A stretch of 63,165 bases of DNA, counting the filler, from Octopus bimaculoides (lineage: Eukaryota), in NCBI RefSeq assembly GCF_001194135.2. It is 5 parts of 4 records of this genome, joined end to end, with 100 filler letters (N's around TTAATTAATTAA, not from the genome) between each part and the next. Parts side by side here need not be neighbours in the genome. Positions count along the whole stretch, not along the records: positions 1 to 21,980 come from NC_068995.1; 4 more parts are not named here. One strand, 5' to 3'. The stretch's first letter is position 1. Each line of letters starts with the position of its first letter. Shown one piece after another: positions 1-12,991 of the stretch. The notes beneath the pieces are model-generated. The model did not search any database and was not told the DNA's origin. It saw only the letters and a program-made list of their open reading frames with translations. Made by a program: the position numbers and the translations under genes.

Positions 1-40
<40 letters not shown>

Positions 41-1060
41 CATACATACATATGTATAAGTGCAATATTTTGATTCTGTGTCTGCGCGCGTATGTGTGTG
101 TGTGTGTGTGTGTAGGTGATCTGTGTGTTTGTGCATGTGTATGTATATATGAGCGTATCATGTGGCTTTTATGCATAAAACTAGGGGGAAAATATCTAAG
201 TGCATCATTGAACATTGTGATATACATCGGTTGCATACAAGAAAAGCAGAGAAGCCAAAATTAGCTTTTTCTCTTCTGACAACGTTATTATTGCTTAGAT
301 AAATGAAATGTTTTAAAGTTGTATGCATCTCGGAAAAAGATGTATAGAATTTGAACATCACCACGATAAAAAAAAAATCTTTTCCTTGTTCCTAGTTGGA
401 AGCAGGAGAGAAATCACTGTCACAAAACTTTCACATTCGTACACATAGTGCTTCTTGCTCTCACACAGAAACATATATGCTACACATCATAAGTACACGA
501 AGAACGTAGCAGAACTCTTACATTACATAGAAAGATGAGTTATTGGATGAACGAACTTTTCATTCTTTTTCGTCTTCGTTCATTTTCTTATTGTTTTTTT
601 TTTCTTGTCTTCTTCATTTTGGTAACGTCAAGTATTATTATTTACTCTCATACTGAGATGTTATAAAAAGAATTCTGGTCCTTTCATTTTCTTTTCTACT
701 ACATTTTGCCTTCGTTGGCCAATAGAGAGGCTGTATAGACAGGCATCTCAATAAAATCCATTCTTAGAATGCGTAGAATGCGAGAAGTACATAAATAAAA
801 ACAAACATATTAAGAACCACACGCACAAACAAAACAATATCTTTCGATTTCAAAATGATTTTGTTTAGCAGACTCATCCGTGGCTCCTTTTGGAAATTTA
901 TCACAAAAGACTAACAAGCTCAGCATGTTTTTTAATGTGTATGTGACTTGAACGGAAATATTGTATAGTGGAAGAAGAATAAGATGAAGAGTACATGAAA
1001 AAGGTGAATACATACTGCAAAAGCGAAATGTAGGAATTGTTATTTCATCAGGTGTATATA

Positions 1061-1109
<49 letters not shown>

Positions 1110-1613
1110 NNNNNNNNNNNNNNNNNNNNNNNNNNNNNNNNNNNNNNGTGTGTGTAGCTGTATGTATGTGTGTGTGTGTATGTGTGTTTATCTGTATCTG
1201 CCTTTTATCTCCGCATTTCAAACGGTTTCTCTTTCAAGCTTGTTAGTTTGCAATAATGAAACAGCATTTGAAACACAATATCAATGAAATGATGGATTTA
1301 AAACTTCAGCGCGGTTTTTACTTTTCTGTTGATACCGTGAAATGGAGGAAATACAATACGTCATATTTGTAATGTGGGTATGTATCATCTGGTTACAATA
1401 AGTCATTGAGTCTCAATAAGTTTAAATGCAATCCAAAGAACAGCACGTTTGGTTATCGCCATTTCAGATAATCGACTGAATATTTTCCAACAATATTTGC
1501 CTCAAACAACTTCAGTTGAAAGCTTTTTCTAACCCTGATAATATTCTGATTAAGTCATTTTCTCACGGCATACAAGCTTAATTCCATCACCGTCAGTATT
1601 CAAACAGTTTCTT

Positions 1614-1662
<49 letters not shown>

Positions 1663-3000
1663 ATGAGATAGATAGATAGAGACAGCCGGACAGACAGACA
1701 GATATGGTACATATGTTGAGAGACATAACTGTTGGTATATCTCAATATACAATTTAATGGTTAAAGGTACAGCTAACAATTCAGTTGAAACTTCTTTTGT
1801 GTTTTTAGAAGAGCCCTAATAGTTTAGAAGATTAGAGAACTGCGGTAACAAAATATAAACGGCGGTTTTAGGAAAGGGATATTTCCAAAGATAATTGTGT
1901 AACTTCTAAATTCCTTTTGGATCAATAATACACCTTTCATTCAATCACGATGATAAATCAATTATATGTATATACATGTGTAATTTCACTTGATGTCACT
2001 GTCTTCATCGGCCTATTCGATACCAATGAAGATAAAAATTGAATGTGAGTTAATGCTACAAGACATTTTATGGAACAATAAACCCACCTAATTAAATTTC
2101 ATTTGTACAGAATTATCAAAACATACAAGTAAATGTAATATACTCTTGTAGCCCATGTCGAATTTTGTGTCCTTTTCATGACTGAGACAACTTTTACATG
2201 ATTTAAATAGCTTTCTTTTTCTAATTTACCATTTAAAGAAAGGGAATTTAAATTTTGAGAACCGCTTGAACATTGGTGTATGTTATGTAATATTTTTCTT
2301 GTTCATCTGTCTATTAATGATTTCAACTATTTATGGAACGCATTGGTATGAATAAATTATGCAGATTCCCACGACGTAATCTTTTTACACAAACAAGATC
2401 AAAATAAGCTTATTTGACATTTCTCGAATAAAGACAGGTTAACTGCCACATGAGAAGAAACAACAATATGGAGTGAAACGAAACTAAAAACATTGTAGAT
2501 CTAATAAATATTACAGATGATTTACCCTTGGCAGAAACAAAAACAAAAATTGCAGAAGTTACTTAAACATATTACAAACGTATCTGTTTATGTTGACCTG
2601 AGCAATTTCCATTCTTGGAAAACGTTAGCCATATCAATCATATATCTCAGTGATGCGAGTTTCACCTCTTAACCAAGGTGCCTAGCTTGAGCGGGACAGA
2701 GAAGACTGAATTAACTTTCATGTGTATAAAAGTCCCACCTAACATCTCTTGTCAGTATCTCCTCAATCAAAACGAACTGATACCAGCTGGCAAGGTAATC
2801 ACCTAAGTGACTTTCTGTTGTTTACGGTCTCACTGAGAAGAGGAAAATTGAACCACATCTTCAACTACACTGTACAGGCGGGTTCATAAGATTAATGAAG
2901 AAAACAGATACAATAATGATAATTGACATTGAAACGCATTTTGTACAATATTTCAATGCATAAAATACACAAGGTGATACCACTAGACAACACTGCACAT

Positions 3001-3068
3001 TGATTTGCATATATTTCTTTGACACTAAGACCTTTTTTTTACACTGATTTGCATATATTTCTTTGACA
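3001..3068. repeat. 24-bp direct repeat containing the octamer ATTTGCAT
   Basis: TGATTTGCATATATTTCTTTGACA at 3001-3024 and 3045-3068. Confidence 0.9.
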
Positions 3069-6000
3069 AGTAACTCTTTCATATTCTTTTAAAAATGAGA
3101 TGCATGAAGAACAATATAAAACCGCAACATTATTTATAATTCTTAGAATAGACAATTACTCGTCAGAGTAGTCATTAGAAATAAAATACAAGCTGTCAAC
3201 AGTTATTATAATTTAGACGCATACCAAAAATTATATTCATTTTTTATTCCTTTCTGAAAAGTATTGCCTAAAAACGAAGTATCAAAAATTCTCATCAGTC
3301 AGTTTTAGCTTGATCAGTAAAACAAACTCAGTTCATATTTTTTAAATCAATTACTAGCGTGTTTTAATGTCACGTGGAGCTTCTCTTCTTTCTTTCTTAT
3401 TTGATTCTATTTTAAAGTTTTACTCAACTTTTAACACTTGTAATAATAAAACTTTTAACACTTTGTAAATAATAAAAAAAAAGATGGTGGATTTTCCGGT
3501 TGTCCTAGATTTGGTAAGTTGGCTATTTTGATGAAAAGATGGAGAAATGAATATCAGGAAGTTGATGAAATGATCTGGACATAAAAGTTTTATACTATCG
3601 GAAGGTTTTTAAATGGTTGAGTTCTCTAGTCGATAGTTAAACGATAGATGTTCTGCAGTGCAAGTTACATGTACTTTATAAATATTTTATTTTATACAAA
3701 ACATTCCTTCGTGTATCTACCTTACATCAATGGAAATTCGGGTATTGTCCAGGAAGTTAGTAATTATAGACAAATAAAATTATGAAACAGGAAGGCGCTA
3801 AATAAATGGAAAATAGTAAAAACAATTTGTAAAAGATGCAGAAAAACTACTGGAATAGGCGGTTAACTCCCTTCTGAGTTTGATTAACATTTTATGGTCA
3901 GCGGCCAGTTTCTAAAAGAATTCCTGAAAATCTGTCTGTAATTGTGAGGTTGAACGTACGACGTATTATGACATAAGAAATAAATGTGACCATAACGTTA
4001 TATGTATGAATTTAAAGGATAAATTTACTACCATGAAGTCATATAGACGAACACATAAGGGCGCAGGCGCAGACAGGTACTGAAATAAGCACAGGCTTCT
4101 TCTTTCACTCTTTCTCTCTCTCTCTCTTTTACACACTCGTGTACATACACACATACGTAACTCACGCGCCCACGCACACAAAACCATTCACACATACACC
4201 CCCATATGTATATGTGTGTGTGTGTGTGTGTATGCACGCACGCAGCTTTATACATACGCACTCACATATATACATATATATATCTATACATATCTACATA
4301 TACATCGGGCTGTATATAACAAATGAATTTGTAATTCTAATTGCAATATACAGCTGCTTATAGCAGTTAATTAACAGCAAGAAATTAAATAATTTATTTT
4401 TGTTTTCGTTTTAATGTTCTGTTCGCACCAATCATCCAAGAAAGCAAAGTTTAATAAAACTGAAGAACATAGGAATATTTTGTATGTACATACACATGTG
4501 TACATATATATATGCACACATATATATATGTATCCATTATATATACATATATATATATATATAATATCAATTACAATCCAACTAATCAAACAGATATATC
4601 TTTAAGACATACGTAGAACGATGTTGCATTAGATTAAACTACTAAAACTTGAGACATAGTTCTGCTTCAAAATGCGGCCTTTTGTGTAATTAGCACAATC
4701 ACGTATTTTAATATTACTTGTCTTTTCAGGTAGTCACTGTGTATATCGGAATCTGTTTAAAGAACATCAGAAACACAAACTAGTAAAAAATAAATAAAAG
4801 ATAAGTGAATCAATGACAGCATATCCCCATTTAACTGTAATACCAGTTATTATCTCTCCGAAATTGCACTCTGCAGGCTTAAAAAAAAGAGAGAAACATT
4901 AACAGATAGGATACTCATGGCTGGTAAACCTGTGATCCTGTTTTTGTTTAGTATTAACTAGTTACGAATTAACCAATAAACAATAACGATCTAGCTTTGT
5001 AAAGTTACCTTTTTTTATTCGGTCGGCCATTTTGTTTGAAGTTACTTCTTCAAATACATGCTCATATATAGAAACACGTAACTCTCTCCGTATGTGGACA
5101 CACATACTTACGTTTGTTAGTATGTGAGTATTAAGGTATCTGTGCATGTATGTATGTTTGTGCGTATACATTTATTTATGAGTGAATATATTTATTAAAG
5201 ACAAAAATTCATAAGCAATTATCTAATACATTAAGATTGTTCGTATTTTTCTCTCACTTCTGTAAAATTTCTAATATTGACATTCCTATTCAAATTATTA
5301 ATGCAAATAGATACTAAACTATGAAACGTGTTAAGTGCTCTTGCTTTGTGTATCTATGTATCTAATTATGTATGCATTAATGAGCTTTTGGTGGAAAAAT
5401 ATCGGTAGTGACTTCAAATTTCCAGGCATTTCGCCTTCATCAGGTTGTTATTTACATTTGGTTCTTTCTGGCCTTATATAAATTTTAGCAGGTTGCTTGT
5501 GGTAGGTTCTGTAATTCGATGATTATTAGGTGCTCCAGCCAGACAAGGGAAGTTATTTTGTAGGGCTAGATGGCGATAGGATGAAATGTGTATTTGAAGG
5601 GACTGGTTTAAGAGAAGGATATGGTAAAGCGATTGACTTTAGTTTCATATAAGGATATTGTTATTGTTTATGGTTCAGTCAGTCGTGCAATTAATGGATT
5701 AAGGAGATGTATAATATTCAGGGTGCGTATAATTAATATAATTTGCAGTATTTGATTCCGGCCTGAGTTCGACCGTGCCTTTCATCCTCCGGAGTCAATA
5801 GAATTAAGCACCAGTCAATATAATCAAAGAGCAGGCATAAACTAAAATATAGTCAAACATGAGCGTGCGTATGTGTATGTATGTGTATGTGTATGTGCGT
5901 GTGTGAGTGTGTGTATGAGTGTAAGTTCACATTAAGGAATGGAACGTAGAATTTCCTGTAAGTCAGACTGCCTCATGGTTTCAGCAGACAGAATGATAGA

Positions 6001-8295
6001 GGCATTGTTCACATAGCTTAGGTCAGATCAAAGTTCAATTTGGTGTTGTAATTAGATTCTCGTAAAGAAATTTTAAATTGATTATTTTAGAAATGTTTGG
6101 ATTGAGATAGCTAGCTACAACTATGTATTTGTTTTCTTCACTCTGCTTCTGGCGAGGTTTATTTTTCTTTCTTTTTTTTTGTTATACATCATGTGGGTGT
6201 AAACATATAACTAAATGTCGTTTCATATACATCCAGATAATTGCATAAGGATGATGCATTTGGATCCTGGAGGTTTATAAATGAAGTGTAAAACCAGGTT
6301 GGTACATTGGTATAATTTATTGGATTGTCGGACTGAATGGCTTTGCTAAAATCTGTTTTGAATATGTGCGTTTTAATATAAGACCCATTCCCCTGTCACT
6401 GAGATGGAGTGGGGAAAATTGTGTCAGGCACTACAACCAATATTTAGTAAACATTAACAACCAAAAAGCTGATGAAAACTGTTTCCATGGCTTCATCAGC
6501 AGTGGTCATAAGGAAACCGTACACCCAATCATAGAATGATTAAGCAAAATGTCATTAAATAATGTGTATAGAGAAATCAGAAAAAAAGTTTGCAATGCAT
6601 ATTGAACTCACTCTCATACTGACTCGGGATTGTCAACGCGAAGATTAAAAATTAGGAAACACTTCTTTCTCATTTGCTTTATTACAGCACAAAGGAGTTA
6701 GTATCGTTTTACTTTGCCATCGAACTTCTTATATCTGCTAAGCATTCCGATCTACATTCCTATTTTGCATACTGATTGTAACGGGTTTCAATTTCGCTTT
6801 CTTGGCAACGTATGTAGACATTGCCGAATCACAAAACCGAACCAGAAAACTTAATCTCATCAATTATGTCATGCGTAATAAATCGATCAATGTATCGATA
6901 TACTTACATTCAGCGATTTATGAGTTACATTTCCTTTTGGAATTCAAGTACTAAATATATCAATAATTTCTTCATCTGTTTACTGTGAGATATTTATGTT
7001 GTAGTATGGTGAGAGCCGACATTATTTATAGAAATGTATGTTAAGAAGTTGGGTGTGTGGATTATGAACGAGTGGATATCCGAGAAAGTGGCTCGATTAG
7101 TGTGTAGATAGCTGAGAGAGTGGATAGCTAAGAGTGTGGATAGGTGCCATTCTATGTGTCAGAGTAATCAAAGGTGTGACTATGGAGAACAGAGAGAGTG
7201 GATTGCTGAACGTTCGGAAGATACTTTTAACGTTCACTCTAATAGTGCTTAGGGACGTCATTAAAGTATTTGATCATCGATCGTCGATTAAACAAATAGG
7301 AGTTAATGACGTAGTGTGTTCCTACGAATAAAGAAAATATCTAGGTAAATGCCTAATTTGGAGAACGATTCCTCAAAATACAATAGAGGTTTGAGAAAGA
7401 AGGCTAATACGGAGAGTGGAGAATAAATCTGCATATATTTGCTAATTAAAATGATTTCACATGGTGGGGTTATTAGAGGATTCCTGGTTTGGTGTTTTCA
7501 TTTACTTCAGTTCCTTATCCTGGTTTATGGCATTCTTTCAAAACCATGTTCGGTCATTACTTCAGATTTTAACATTATCTGTTCTGGGGCTTGTTTGTAT
7601 GTTTCTATTGTTCAATAAATTTTGTGCCCATGGCATCTCTTGACGTTGGATCAGCCGTTTGGAAGAGATTAATAAGTTTTGCTCGCAATTTGCAGATATT
7701 TAATCCACTATATTAGAGAGAGTTTTATTTAGATGCCCTTTAAATGTCTTCACGGGAAGTTATTATCAAGAGTCATTATAGATTCGGGGGCCAGTTATAC
7801 CGTTCTAAACCCTTATATGAATGATTGCTACATCATATTTTCCTGATTGGAGAGAAAAAGGTAACAGTGTCTGTGAATTCTTCTTATCCAACTTATAGCT
7901 TCATTGCTCTATGCAAATGTCTGTAGATATTCGAAAAGTGTTCAGACAAAGATTCGGCTTATTCCCTTTTTGGCGTTCAAGACAGTAAAGACATAATGCG
8001 TGTACTTATGCACGGAATGTGAAGTTCGAAATCTTGGTCCAGTTTTGGCGTCTTATGCTATTTATCTACTTGGTAAGTGAGGTCTTATTTGAGAGGAAGG
8101 TGTAGTTTTTCGAAGTTGTCTAAATTCAAAATAAGAAATTTAAAAAAAGTGTTAATTTGAATCAAGGGACTGTCAAATAATATGCTCTCAATAACCAGCA
8201 TCAATCCACTTATGTATCGGCAAGTTGATGATATTTAATGAATACGTTTAAGAAACACACATCTGATTTAACAGCTATATTACAGTGATTGTACA

Positions 8296-8361
<66 letters not shown>

Positions 8362-8875
8362 CGAAAATTTCTTTCTTTAAACCCACTTCTGTATTAATTC
8401 AGTCATTTTCTTCAAAGCTCTCCTGTATCTATGTATTAGACGGTTACAGCAAATTTATCTTTATCAGTGTTTCCAGGCTATATTTGGTTTTGGCTTATAT
8501 ACAGTCGTATTTATCATGAGATGCTTTTGTATAGACAGATTCCCCCCCACCCACCAGAATGCGACTGAGTTCAACATCATAAGTTGTAATTTAATTTTAG
8601 ACTTCATTACGATTATTGCTTCCATGATGAATCGTTTTTCTTTTTTGGGAATTTGATAAAATATGAGTATATTTTCTATTAGTATTTTCTCATCTGATTT
8701 TGTTTGTAATGCCTGAAATACCTGCAATATATTGTTAAGAGGATTTTTTACCTTATTTTTTCATATTACTAGTGTCGGAACATAGTCTGTTATGATGCGC
8801 ATACAGTTTTATTTTATGAATTTATTTTATGAGATTTCATATTGTCCCTGTCTGTTCAATAACTGCTTGACACTA

Positions 8876-9092
8876 CGAGGGGTTACTGAATAGTTCCTGG
8901 CTTCAAGGGTCTCAGGAAAGGTCTTGATGGATCCCCAAGATTCTGAGTCTTTTTACAAAACTCAGAGAAACTGAAGGACCGCTTCAAAACGTCTGTGAAT
9001 CTTAGAGGAGAATATGTTGAATAAAATCATAATTAACTGATTCTCCTATATGTTCTTTTACCCAAAGCCAGAAACGTCTCAGCACCCGCTCA
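8876..9092 (+). mobile_element. Mariner-derived MITE (internal deletion derivative)
   Basis: TA|CGAGGGGTTACTGAATAGTTCCTGGCTT and AAGCCAGAAACGTCTCAGCACCCGCTCA|TA form imperfect TIRs. The interior keeps the transposase C-terminus (LRGEYVE*). Confidence 0.7.
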
Positions 9093-9549
9093 TAGATTCA
9101 TATAATACGCTTTATGTGTAATATGATATATTATTTGGAGGAATAAGTATTTTTGATATATTTATTGCATTCTATCAGTGTTTATAGGCAGCTTGGTCTG
9201 TTAATCTACTAAACTACAGGTAATGTGTAATTGTTTAATTCTGTGGATATTGTATTTAACATCACAGTTGTAGAAAAGAATGCAAAATGCTGTCTTAAAC
9301 TGTAATTTTATTACTAATATATTGTCGTTATATACGTATTCACAATCTTTGTACAATGATAGACTGCTACAGGAGTCATATTAATATTGTTTGGATGTCA
9401 AATATTAGCGCTGAGTTGTTCTCTAGACTCCACTTAAACTTCTCAACAGCTTTTAATGTGTCCATTATTACTAATATATCTTCCTTTGTTTAGGAAATAT
9501 TTTCTTTTCTGTTACGCCTATATAAAAGGTAGTGCACAGCAAATCCATG

Positions 9550-9626
9550 CCTGTATACATATATTCATACACACACACATACACACATATATATATTTAC
9601 ACGTACATACACATATATATATACAA

Positions 9627-9658
<32 letters not shown>

Positions 9659-9920
9659 GCATATATGTGCATACATATATATGTATGTATACGCACGAGT
9701 GTATATATAGATGTGTGTATATATCTACGTACATATATATATATATATACATTTATATTTATATATATATATGTATATACATATTTATTCGTATCTGTAC
9801 ATATATACATGCATACACATGTGTGTGTATGTATGTGTATGCTTGTGCACGTGTATGTGTGCATACATGATATATGCATATTTATATACCAACACATACG
9901 TGCCTGTACGTATGTTTATT
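9550..9920. repeat. Compound TA/CA/TG microsatellite field
   Basis: Mixed (TA)n, (CA)n and (TG)n. The source of many YI/HT/CV ORFs in the track. Confidence 0.95.
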
Positions 9921-11469
9921 GAATAATGAATGTATATCAATATGTGAAGCTATACACAGATGGATACTTATAAATTGTATCTAATATGTATGTGTATGCA
10001 ATTTTATCTTGGAATATATGCATGTGTTATAAATCTGTAATCTATATCTGTGATATACGTTTATATTCTTTCTGTTCGCAAATCAATAATACACAAACGC
10101 CATTCATCAAATAAATCATTCTTAGAATTTGTTAAAACAGTTTCTACTTCATCTTTTTCTTCAATTTCTTCAACTTCTTCATCTTCTTCTTCTTCAGTTT
10201 CTTCTTCTTCAGTTTCTTCTTTCTTCTTCTTCTTCTCCTGCTCCCGCTCTCCACCTTTCTTACCTACTTCAATGACATTCATTTCTATTTTATAGTATTT
10301 TCTCAGGCAATGTTTCATATAAGTAATGTTTATTTATTTCAACTTCATATTTGCTGCTGCTGTGACTACTACTACTACTAGTTCAACGCGACATGTGTAT
10401 AGGCAAGTGTCCATCATTGTTCATTGGTCTTTGTTAGATTTCCATCTGGAGTCAACAGCTATCAATTGAATTTCAAAAACATAAATGATTTGTCTTCATT
10501 TTCTTTTCATTTTCTTCTTTTAAATTCCATCTTTCTTCAATAAATCACAAAACGAATTTATAGTTTTCAATGTTCAGCTGTTTATTGTTCGTATGTCTTC
10601 TTGTACATGCAATTATTATTTTAGTGATAATGTTATTAATGTAAGAAATGATCATATTTCTCGTCATCTTTAAAATGTTCTTTTTCGTTATTGTCGTGAT
10701 AGACTAACAGCTACAGCAATAATAATTTCTAATTCAGTGACATGGTCTGGAGTTTGCACGGGCGAGTGTTAGACGATTACGCTAGTCTCAGTAACATGCT
10801 GAAGATTCATTCTTTCCCCTTCGGGGGGGTAAAACGAAAGGGGATCTTTCCAGGATTTTAAGCAAATTATATAAACAACCAGAATAAAGACCGTGTTTTT
10901 AATGTGAAACCAGTTCTTCGCTCTTTTTGTTTCAAATTCAGGCACATACTTACCAAGTGTAATCTATTAAAATATTATTACTTTAACTGCTAATAATGAA
11001 TGTTGTTGTTGTATCAAAGGGCGGTCATTACGCTAATAATAATAAACACAATCACTGGTTCAATTTCACTTCAATTTCAGTTGTCTAACCAAATAACGAA
11101 TCGAACCTTTTTTTTTTTTTCATTTGTTGTTGGTTAAAAAAATGGTTGTTTAACGAGATCTAAAAATGAAGAACGATATTTTTATATTTAAGAGTGACAT
11201 ATTTACTGAGCTATCTAAAAACTGAAGCATCCACCTGTGTAATCATGAATATATATATTCGTTCGTTTTGAAAGCTGCATATCTATGTGCTCCCTACCAA
11301 ACAATCTACCTCCCTAAATGACTACCGACCAACATAAACAATCACTTACTTGTCACCCTATCTGATCAACCACCTAGGCGCTTATTTATCTGACTCTATA
11401 TTTACGTATATTCCTATACAAAGATCTATCAACAATAGACACATACACACACACAAACATGCGCACACG

Positions 11470-11509
<40 letters not shown>

Positions 11510-11814
11510 GTGCCGCAACTACCACATTTCGCGATTTCCGGTGGTCAAAGCAGACGATTCTCTTCTATCATTCATATAATTTCTAGTGCATTTATGAACC
11601 ACAACTCATTATGAGAGATTCTGTCGATGTAAATAACGCAGTATTCTGTGTTTTAATACAATATACACGTTAAGTTAGATATCAAAAATATCTTTTGGTA
11701 TTAATACACTTTCTGGAGCTATTATATTTTTTAATAAGCCCACATGCTGTTTGCGGCACCAGTGCTTCAACAGACCCTGAGATCCAGCAGTAATCGCACT
11801 GCTGGACAACTTAT

Positions 11815-12042
11815 TTCTTTATTTCTCACAAGGGGCTAAGCATAGAGGGGACAGACAAGGACAGAAAAAGGGATTAAGTCGATTAGATCGACCCCAGTGC
11901 GTAACTGGTACTTAATTTATCGACCCCCCCGAAAGTTTGAAAGGCAAAGTCGACGTCGGTGGAATTTGAACTCAGAACGTAACGGCAGACGAAATACCGC
12001 TAAGCATTTCGCCCGGCGTGCTAACGTTTCTGCCAGTTCTCA
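11815..12042 (-). mobile_element. tRNA-derived SINE, family B
   Basis: Minus strand TGGCAGAAACG (A box) and GAGTTCAAATTC (B box), with body GTCGACTTTGCCTTTCA..GGTCGATAAATTAAGTACCAG. Repeated elsewhere in the window. Confidence 0.85.
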
Positions 12043-12911
12043 CTGCTGGACTTCTGTCACGGAAGAACCCATAGCAGGGTGGCATCACGTGATTTGGCTG
12101 TTTCAGCAACCGTAGCAGGCGATTATCTCATAAGGATTTCTGGTAAATAAAAGCATACAATATAATTTCGATTACTTTTGTGCACTGCAAGTCCCTATGA
12201 GTGGTTCTCTGAAGGTAAATAATGCAGTATTTCTTGTTCTCACACAACATCCACTTTAACTGAAATGGGTATGTGTGTTGTGTGCATGTATGTATGTATA
12301 TATGTATGTATGTAGGTGTGTGTGTATGTATGTATGTTTGCATGACAAAGGCAGTAGGGAATTAGCATGAATTTGAAACTAAGGCAAGAATATTTATATC
12401 CCTTCCGAACTTGATAAAATTAATCATATAGTAATCACTCAAGTAAATTCTTAACCATATCCGATACACTCATGCAGTTGGTGCTCTTTTATGGCCAAAT
12501 GTCAGCGACTGAAGCACCATCATTTTAAAAAAATTACATATATAAGAGAAATAATTGAGATTCAGTGGAAATAGGTACTTAGGTTGAAGCTCAAGTCAGT
12601 CCGATATTATAATTAAGTACATAAATGAATATTAAGCTCAGTCTATGTAATCTTTCCTTTTTAATGTTGGAAATTGATATATATATACACATTTTACCTG
12701 TTTTGGTTATTATATCATTTTTGATAATCTTAAATTTTATTTTATTACAACATAATATTGTTTATAAACAATCACTCATAGTACCCCATGATAAAATTTC
12801 ATTTGTATTAACATCATCATAGGTTTTATTAGCATCGTGCCCCTTTAACTATAGACAGTTACTCTATACCCAATTTACTACACCTAATGTCTTGACAATA
12901 GTTATGACCAT

Positions 12912-12991
<80 letters not shown>

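Noticed and set aside
2651-2794. Possible plus-strand exon (47 open codons ending AAG|GTAATC)
   Set aside because: The nearest acceptor puts a TGA first in the open frame, the peptide is unrecognised, and chance occurrence is plausible.
6300-8290. Penelope-like reverse transcriptase relic (YRQVDDI near 8215-8235)
   Set aside because: Only one short degenerate motif was seen and no consistent frame could be followed, which is too weak to list as a feature.
9456-9926. Many YI/HT/CV-rich ORFs here and at about 46.5, 49.7, 50.2, 52.6, 56.0 and 62.6 kb
   Set aside because: These are translations of (TA)n, (CA)n and (TG)n microsatellites or of N runs.
10061-10318. Acidic E/K-rich minus-strand ORF
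   Set aside because: Produced by a (TTC)n low-complexity tract, with no domain or clear splice context.
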